A DNA stretch of 64,000 nucleotides. Source: Octopus sinensis (Eukaryota). Position 1 is the stretch's first letter; each line of letters opens with the position of its first letter. This document shows positions 55,164 to 64,000 of this stretch, in pieces. A program made the translations under genes and the position numbers. Location: positions 21,266,001 to 21,330,000 of the forward strand of contig NC_043018.1 in NCBI RefSeq assembly GCF_006345805.1, in the 5' to 3' direction. The notes under the pieces were generated by a model. The model had not been told where the DNA came from, searched no databases, and worked only from the letters and a program-made list of their open reading frames with translations.

Positions 55164-55643
55164 TACGACAGGCTTCTTTCAGTTTCCGTCTACCAAATCC
55201 ACTCACAAGGCATTGGTCGGCCCGGGGCTATAGCAGAAGACACTTGCCCAAGATGCCATGCAGTGGGACTGAACCCGGAACCATGTGGTTGGTTAGCAAG
55301 CTACTTACCACACAGCCACTCCTGCGCCTATAATTGTTCTTAATTTCCTTCATTCTCTACCATAGGTTCAGTGTATCTATGTATCTTATAACCATAAATT
55401 ATTCAAATAGTTGTGCCGAGAGCATAAGAATTGGTACGAACATATTTTTCTGGTTCGGAATAGCAATCTGTAGCTTTTGCAATAAATTCTTATTTTCCTT
55501 GTTTGTGGTATCAGAAAAACTCTGAGAAATCTGGTGAGTCATGTGAGAACAGTAATCCTTAATCAAATATATATAATTTGATGACTTGAGATTTTTGAAT
55601 TCAACTTTCATATATTTCACACAAAGGACAGTGAAAAAACAAA

Positions 55644-55683
<40 letters not shown>

Positions 55684-55988
55684 GCTGAAGTGAAGACCAA
55701 ATATACAGTGCATGTAGTCAATTAACAAAAAATTTATGACCATCCTCAAATATAACAATACTTTTATATGCATTTTTTGGGAATGCATCTGGTATGAAAA
55801 TAGAGGAGTGTCTGTATCATCTGTCTGTCTGCAAGCCTACCTACCTACCTACCTACCTACCTACCTGTCAGTCTGTCTGTCTGTCTGTCTATATATGTAT
55901 CTGTGTATGTATTATGTACATACGCATTCACACATGCGCTCACATATATGTATGTGTATATACATATATGTATGCATGTGTGTGTGTA

Positions 55989-56030
<42 letters not shown>

Positions 56031-56187
56031 CACCGTGATCGACCAGGCTATCAGATGTAGTTACACATCGCTGGTCACAATGCGTTCACATTGTTTTAGC
56101 CTTCAAATGATGCCACCCCGCTGGCTAAGTGAGCAGGCCAATATATATTATATATATATATATATTATATATATATTATATATATAT

Positions 56188-56218
<31 letters not shown>

Positions 56219-56243
56219 GTGTGTATATATATATATATATATA

Positions 56244-57303
56244 GGAGATAAATAAAAATATATGCATACATACAAACATATATGTACGTACCTACATCTA
56301 CATGTATATATACATGCATATATAAATAATTATACGGAAGTACAGGACATCACAATAAGACGTAGAGAAACAGAAAAAGCCAAAAAACAAAAAACAAGGA
56401 AACGGAAACGAAAACAAATACAGGACAGGTTACACAAGGACAAAACCCCCGTCATCAGCTGTCGCTAGAGGAGTCAGGCATGTTTCGAAGGCATAACAGA
56501 ACACTAATCCAATAGCCTTCCTGCGAGAGAATTAAAAAAAATTTCAAGCAGCGGGCACAAGAGTACGACACAAAACAAGACGTAACAATAAGACTGCAAA
56601 ATTAAAATACATGTACAAAAACAAACACAAGAGGACGAACGAAAAGCCTTTTTCTGGCATAGACAAACAATAAAACTGCAAAAATAAAATAATGTACAAA
56701 AAGTACAATTAGTTACAAACGAGAAAATAACAAGAATACTATACAGGAAATTAACCACACAAGGGGACGAACGAAGAAGCCTTTTTGCTGGCAAGGGACG
56801 AAAGTGTAGTAGCAGCGCGTGGAGGCAGTCTTTTCAATAGTGGTAACCACGTGTAAAGGAATTTTGTTTTATAGGCAAGGAAGAGGGAAGGAGGAGGGGG
56901 ACACGCGGGAGAGACGAAGAGAGAGGAGGAGGGGAGGGAGAAGATTGAGAGGTTAAAGCAAAGGGAGAGAGTACCGCATCTTCAATATATAATATTAATA
57001 TAAAAAAAGGGGACCAGAAGTGGATCGAAACGACGAATCGGAACGAACCTGATGCGGGGCGCTGTCAGACAATAAGGAGATAAATAAAAATATATGCATA
57101 CATACAAACATATATGTACGTACCTACATCTACATGTATAATACATGCATATATAAATAATTATAGGAAGTACAGGACATCACAATAAGACGTAGAAACA
57201 GAAAAAGCCAAAAAACAAAAAAAACAAGAAAACGGAAACGAAAACCAAATACAGGACAGGTTACACAAGGACAAAACCCCCGTCATCAGCTGTCGCTAGA
57301 GGA
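56244..57303. repeat. Pair of ~228-bp direct repeats (56244-56472, 57076-57303) flanking a ~600-bp core; LTR/pLTR-like
   Basis: Near-identical repeats, whole unit bounded by (TA)n on both sides. Confidence 0.8.
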
Positions 57304-57334
<31 letters not shown>

Positions 57335-57636
57335 TATATATATATATACACCACAATATATATATATATATATATATATATCTATATATATATATATTAT
57401 ATCTCTTTTACACTTTTACTTGTTTCAGTCATTTGACTGTGGTCATGCTGGAGCACCACCTTTTTAGTCGAGCAAATCGACCCCCAGGACTTATTCTATC
57501 AGTTTCTTTTGCCGAACTGCTAAGTGACGGGGACGTAACACACAGCATCGGTTGCAAGCGATGTTGGTGGGGGTAGACAAACACAGATACACAAACATAT
57601 ACACAAATACATACATACATACATACATATATATAT

Positions 57637-60219
57637 CATCATCATCATCATCATCATCATTTAGCGTCCGTTTTCCATGCTAGCATGGGTTGGACGGTTC
57701 TACTGGGGTCTGTGAAGCCAGAAGGCTTCATCAGGCCCAGTCGAATCTGGCAGTGTTTCTACGGCTGGATGCCCTTCCTAACGCCAACCACTCCGTGAGT
57801 GTAGTGGGGCTTTTTACGTGCCACCCGCACTGGTGCCAGACAGAGCTGGAAACGGCCACGAACGGATGGTGCTTTTTATGTGCCACGGCACGAGGGCCAG
57901 GCGAGGCTGGCAACGGACACGAAACGGGGCGGTGCTGGCAACGGTCGCGAAACGGAAAGTTCTCTTACATGCCACCGGCACTGGTAACACATCTGCAATT
58001 TCCATTGATCGATTTCGATTCTGATCCTCACTTGCCTCAATGGTCTTCACAAGCAGAGTTTCGACAGCCACCGGCACTGGTAGCACATCCGCAATTTCCA
58101 TTGATCGATTTCGATTCTGATCCTCACTTGCCTCAACACGTCTTCACAAGTAGAGTTTTTGTGTCCAAGAAGGGAAGGTATGCATACGTAGGCTGGCTCA
58201 ATCCCATGTAGAAGGCCACGGGTTGTGGACTCACTTGTCCTGCCGGGTCTTCTCGCGCACAGCACACTTCCAGAGGTCTCGGTCTCTAGTCATTTCCTCA
58301 GTGAGACCTAAAGTTCGAAGGTCGTGCTTCACCACCTCGTCCCAGGTTTTCCTGGGTTGCCTCTTCCACAGGTTCCCTCAACCGCTAGGGTGTGGCACTT
58401 TTTCCACAACTATCTTCATCATTCTCGCCACATGACCTACAGTGCAAACGTCTCTCTTGCACACCACAACTGATGCTTTTAGGTCCAGCTTTTCTCTCAA
58501 GGTACTTACACTCTGCGAGTGTGAGTACCGGCATTACACATCCATCGGAGCATACTGGCTTCATTTCTAGCGAGCTTACGCATATCCTCAGCAGTCACGG
58601 CCCATGTTTCACTGCCATGTAGCATGGCTGTTCGTACACACGCATCATACAGTCTGCCTTCACTCTGTGCGAGAGGCCTTTTGTCACCAGCAGAGGTAGA
58701 GCTCTCTGAACTTTGCCCAAGCTATTCTTACTCTAGCAGTTACACTTTCAGCACACCCACCCCCGCTGCTGACTTGGTCACCTAGGTAACGGAAACTATC
58801 AACTATTTCTAGTTTTTCTCCTGGAAAGTGACGGAAGTTGGTCTCAGAGCATTTTCAGTGTTTATTGTTCCTGAGCATCTGCCACATACAAAAACCATCT
58901 TCCTAGTTGAGCCTTCCTTGACATTTGCTGCATCTCTTATGTGTCCATAGTACACTTGGTGCATCTTATAGAGTTTCTACCTACACCTTTTCTACAGATC
59001 GAGCAGGCGCCATCTACCGAAGGTTGTTTGTGATTTGTCTACCTTCTATGATTACGACTTTGGTGTTTTAGCTAGATTGACTCTGAGGCCCTTCGATTCT
59101 AATCCTTGTTTCCACCTGAAACTTCTCCTCCAGTTCTGATAGCGACTCAGCAATAGAGCAAGGTCATCAGCATAGAGGAGCTCCCAAGGGCATCCTGTCT
59201 TGATTCCTCCGTTATTGCCTGGAGGACTATGATAAATAGGAGGGGGCTGAGTACTGAGCCTTGGTGGACCCCTACCTCTACCGGAATTCTTCACTGTACT
59301 CATTTCAACCCTCACCCTACTAGCGGCGTCCCTATACATGGCCCGCACAGCTCTCACTAACCATTCATCTATCCCTAGTTTCTCTTGCACCGATAAGGGA
59401 CCGGGGGACCCTGTCGAAGGCTTTTCCATGTCAACAAAAGCCAGGTACAGGGGCTTATCTTTGGCTAAGTTATTTCTCCTGCAGCTGCCTTACCGGAATC
59501 AGTAGTACTTTTCCATGGCACAAACCCAAAACTGCATCTCATCTAAACTAACTCTCTCTCTAATTAGTTGGGCTATGACCCTCTCCGTAACCTTCATCAC
59601 CTGGTCAACAGCTTGATACCTCTGTAGTTATTTGTATCTAGGGCATCACCTTTACCTTTGTAGCAGTTGACTATTATACTCGTACACCAGTCATTGGTAT
59701 GACCCCTTTGTGTATCACCTGATTAACTATATGGGTGACTAGGCTATAGCCGACACTACCAGACATTTTGAGCATCTCTGCAGTGATTCCTGATGGGCCT
59801 GGGGCTTTCCCTGTCTTCATGCTTCTATTGCCTTAGCTACCACAGAAAACTATCAACTCGGATAGCTGGTCCCTCTGTTGGGTCAACATTCGGCAGACTC
59901 TCTTTATCCCATTCATTTTCATTCAGCAACCTTTCATAGTGGCATCTCCAAACCTCTCTCTTCGCATCCTCATTTAGCGCAAGTGAACCATCTTCCATGC
60001 GAAACACATTCTCTCCTACCACATCACGATTCTCTCTCAAACACTGTCTTGCAACACAAACACCTCCAGTCTTTGGTCCTCACGGCGCAGAACATTGGCA
60101 AATTTTTTCTTATCTGCTTCCCCTCTGGCTAAATAAACCTGTCTCCTAGCTTCTCTTTTGGCAGTCTGATACAATTCCCTGCTACCCCCATTTTTCCAGA
60201 CCTTCCAAGCCTGTCTCTT

Positions 60220-60222
<3 letters not shown>
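57637..60222 (-). mobile_element. 5'-truncated, frameshifted RTE-clade LINE (ORF2 reverse transcriptase remnant, 3' UTR and (GAT)n tail)
   Basis: Minus-strand fragments include MKTGKAPGPSGITAEMLK, LGIDEWLVRAVRAMYRDA, PWELLYADDL (RT catalytic motif) and ...RKTWDEVVKHDLRTLGL...RDLWKCAVREKTRQDK* (stop 58231-58233); multiple frameshifts; tail at 57637-57660. Confidence 0.92.
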
Positions 60223-60260
<38 letters not shown>

Positions 60261-61377
60261 TGTATGTATGTATGTATGTATCTATGTATAAATATATGTG
60301 AATAGGCAAAGATGAGAAAACAATAGAATTGAATAAAAATTGAAGAAGGGAGCATTTTTGAAATGTGCTGACGAAAGAAAGAAAGAAAGGAAAGAAGGAA
60401 GAAAGGAAGGAAGGAAAGAAGAAGGAGGGAAGGAAAGTTGGGAATAAAGGACCTAGGGAATAAGAGAAGAAAAGAACAGACAAAGGAACTGAGCCAAATA
60501 AACAGAAAGATTAAAATAATGCAGAATGCCAAAAACAAGCAAAATTTAAAAAAAAACAACAAAAAAACCAGAGCCCTAAACAAAACCAAAAACAATAACA
60601 AAAACAAAAACGAAAAAGGTCCTCCCCCACCAGGCAGACAGCAAAACCTAGCTCATTGGTTGTAACCCACAGCTTAAACCCAGATCACATGATGGTTTGT
60701 CACCCTCACTGCTGTGGGTGATGATGATGATGATAATGATGATGAATAGGAGGAGGAGGAAGAGCAGGAGGAGGAGGAGAAGGCGGAGGATGGTGTTTGA
60801 AAGGTGAACAGCTGATCATGTCTGTTGTTCAGTTCAAGACCAAGTGTAATTATCACTTATGAAGCTGTGTTAGTTTTGTATGTGCCCCGGCTGTTCATCC
60901 ACTACCACCACGACTTCTCTTTCTTTCTTTCTGTCTTTCTTTCTTTCTTTCCTTCTTTTTCTCTCCTTTTCTTTCGGATTCATGTAAGCCACATAGAGCA
61001 GTGTTTAAGCAGTAGAGCAACAATAAGCCTCTGGCAAAGCAAGTCTTTGCGGCAGGTTTTGTTTTCATGATATATATATATTATATATATATATATTATA
61101 CCATTTTACACATACTACATACATACATGCACGCACACACACATACACACATATATGATACATGCACATACACGCACACATATATTATATATATATGTGT
61201 ATATACATGTACATATATACATGTTACATTATATATATATATATATAATATATATATATATTATATATATATATATATAAGATTAATAATATCAGGGTAA
61301 TAAAGATTTTAGGAATTTCTACTATGTGTGGTCTAGCGTGTAGAAAATTGGACTTTAGCTTTATGTGTTTTAATGTA

Positions 61378-61430
<53 letters not shown>

Positions 61431-61433
<3 letters not shown>

Positions 61434-62460
61434 TCATCATCATCATCATCATTTAACGTCCGCTTTCCATGCTAGCATGGTTGGACGGTTCAACTGGGGT
61501 CTGGGGAGCCCGAAAGCTGCACCAGTCCAGTCAGATCTGGCAGTGTTTCTACAGCTGGATGCCCTTCCTAACGCCAACCACTCCGAGAGTGTAGTGGGTG
61601 ATTTTATGTGCCACCGACACAGGTGCCAGACGAGGCTGGCAAACGGCCATGCTCGGATGTGTTTTTAATGTGCCACCGACACAGGTGCCAGACGAGGCTG
61701 GCAGACGGCCACGCTCGGATGGTGTTTTTATGTGCCACCGACACAGGTGCCAGATGAGGCTCGCAAACGGCCACGATCGGATGGTGTTTGTTACGTGCCC
61801 ACAGCACGGAGGCCAGTTGATGCGGTACTGGCTACGGCCACGTTCGGAATGGTTTTCTTGTGTGCCACGTGCCACCGGCACTGGTACCACAAAGATCCAA
61901 ATTCATTGATGTTCATCTATTTTGATTGTTTTGATTTTCACTTGCCTCAACAGGTCTTCACAAGTGTCACAAGAAGGAAGGTATGCACAGGGACTGACCA
62001 AGTCCCAGGTAGGGGCCACAGGTTATGGCTGACTAGTCTTGTATTTGCCGGGTCTTCGGATGGTGTTTTTATGTGCCACCGACACAGGTGCAGATGAGGC
62101 TGGCGAACGGCCACGATCGGATGGTGTTTGTTACGTGCCCACAGCACGGAGGCCAGTCGGTGCGGTACTGGCTACGGCCACGTTCGGATGTTTTTCTTGT
62201 GTGCCACCGGCACTGGTACCACAAAGATACAATTCCATTAATGTTCATCTATTTTGATTTGTTTTTTGATTTTGATTTGATTTGATTGATTTGATTTCAT
62301 TTTGATTTTGATTTTCACTTGCCTCAACAGGCCTTCACAAGTATCACAAGGAGGAAGGTATGCACAGGTGGACTGACTACGTCCCAGGTAGGGGCCATGG
62401 GATATGGCCTGACTAGTCTTGCCGGGTCTTCGGATGGTGTTTTTATGTGCCACCGACACA
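61431..62460 (-). mobile_element. RTE LINE 3' UTR fragment with nested internal duplications
   Basis: (CAT)n tail at 61431; repeated 60-bp units and a larger duplicated block. Confidence 0.8.
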
Positions 62461-62628
62461 GTATATCATATAATATATAATATATATACATATATATATA
62501 CTATATATATATATACATATATATATACAATTATATATATACATATATATATATACATATATATATATACAATATATATATACATATAACAGTTTGACTC
62601 AGCTCTGTATGACTTAAATATGTATGCA

Positions 62629-62682
<54 letters not shown>

Positions 62683-64000
62683 TTTGTACTCTGTGTAAAT
62701 TTGCTCTCTTAATATGTAAATATCTTTGAAAACGGTGAGCTGGCAGAGGTGTTAAAACATTAAATTTTATTTTATTTTATTTTATCTATATATCTATTCC
62801 TTTATATCTTTACATATTTATTGCACAAGCAAGCAAGTAATTATATATGAAAATTTTTACATATGATTGCAAAACTCAGTTATGAATATAAGTCGGTTTT
62901 TGCTAACGAAGTTGTGTAATTGCTATTTGTACATTGGATTCCTTGATGTCATTCTTTTGTGAAGAAATAATTTTAACTGTTGTGTGTCCACTCAGAGTGT
63001 GTTCCAAACATGTGAATAACATAGAAATGTTCTAAAATGACATCATTGCATTGTCAAGCACAAAATATATTGTTTCTGATAAGCTGCTGGAAATAGTAAA
63101 AGCAAAGATTCTTTACTAAAACAATAAATCTGTAGTGCATTACATTGTCAAATACATATGTACATATATACAAACAAACACATACACGCATGCACACACA
63201 TTATATTAATGTTTGTTTTTATGTCAAGTCAAATAGAAAAACAGTTTAGCGTTAAACTACAGAATTACTCTCTCTCTCTCTCTTTTCTCTTTTACTTGTT
63301 TCAGTCATTTAACTGTGGCCATGCTGGAGCACTGCCTTTAATTGAGCTACTCGACCCCGGGACTTATTCTTTGTAAGCCCAGTACTTATTCTATCGGTCT
63401 CTTTGCCGAACCGCTAATTGACGGGGACATAAACACACCAGCATCGGTTGTCAAGCAATGCTAGGAGGACAAACACAGACACACAAACATATATATATAT
63501 ACACACACACACATATATTTATATACATATATACGACGGGCTTCTTTCAGTTTCTGTCTACCAAATCCACTTACAAAGCTTTGGTCGGCCCGAGGCTATA
63601 GTAGAAGACACTTGCTCAAGGTGCCACGAAGTGGGACTGAATCCAGAACCATGTGGTTGGTAAACAAGCTACTTACTACACAGCCACTCCTGCGCCTCAA
63701 TACTTTCAGTGGAATAAGTAGGGAACATATTTTACTCTTTTGCTCTTTTACTTGTTTTAGTCATTTGACTGCAGCCATGCTGGAGCGCTGCCTTTAGTTG
63801 AACAAATCGACCCCAGGACTTACTCTTTGTAAGCCTAGTACTTATTCTATCGGTCTCTTTTGCTGAACTGTTAAGTTACAGGGACATAAGCAGACCAGCA
63901 TTGGTTGTCAAGTGATGTTGGGGGGACAAACACAGACACACAAACATACCACACACACACATGTATACGATGGGCTTCTTTCAGTTTCTATCTATCAAAT

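Noticed and set aside
60037-60665. ORFs of 75-148 aa next to the LINE
   Set aside because: Low-complexity A-rich and (GGAA)n sequence; only the 60037-60222 portion is LINE-derived

Overview
Eukaryotic, AT-rich, microsatellite- and SINE-dense genomic DNA. The repeat landscape suggests a cephalopod (Octopus-like), which is an inference. No CRISPR array, tRNA, rRNA or prokaryotic features are supported. One protein-coding gene is supported: a minus-strand long-form ABCC transporter (MRP1/ABCC1-like). I traced 22 GT-AG exons with consistent reading phase from the ATG at 42968 down to 472, covering TMD0, L0, TMD1, NBD1, linker and most of TMD2. About 105-110 aa of TMD1 is missing, probably in the 100-N gap at 16713-16812, and the 3' end lies beyond the window start. 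The rest is mostly transposon-derived: at least four tRNA-headed SINE families, RTE- and CR1-type LINE remnants (including a ~2.6 kb decayed RTE reverse transcriptase), Tc1/mariner remnants, hAT and piggyBac MITEs with target-site duplications, and non-autonomous Helitrons. The most unusual signal is a set of hammerhead-ribozyme-like folds on the minus strand. These are a well-formed minimal type I hammerhead at 50118-50152 and a two-copy family with a compensatory G3:C8 core swap (25248-25298, 5735-5784) in the sense orientation of ABCC introns. Two degenerate candidates occur at 8239-8315 and 56446-56493. All RNA folds were made by eye and are untested.
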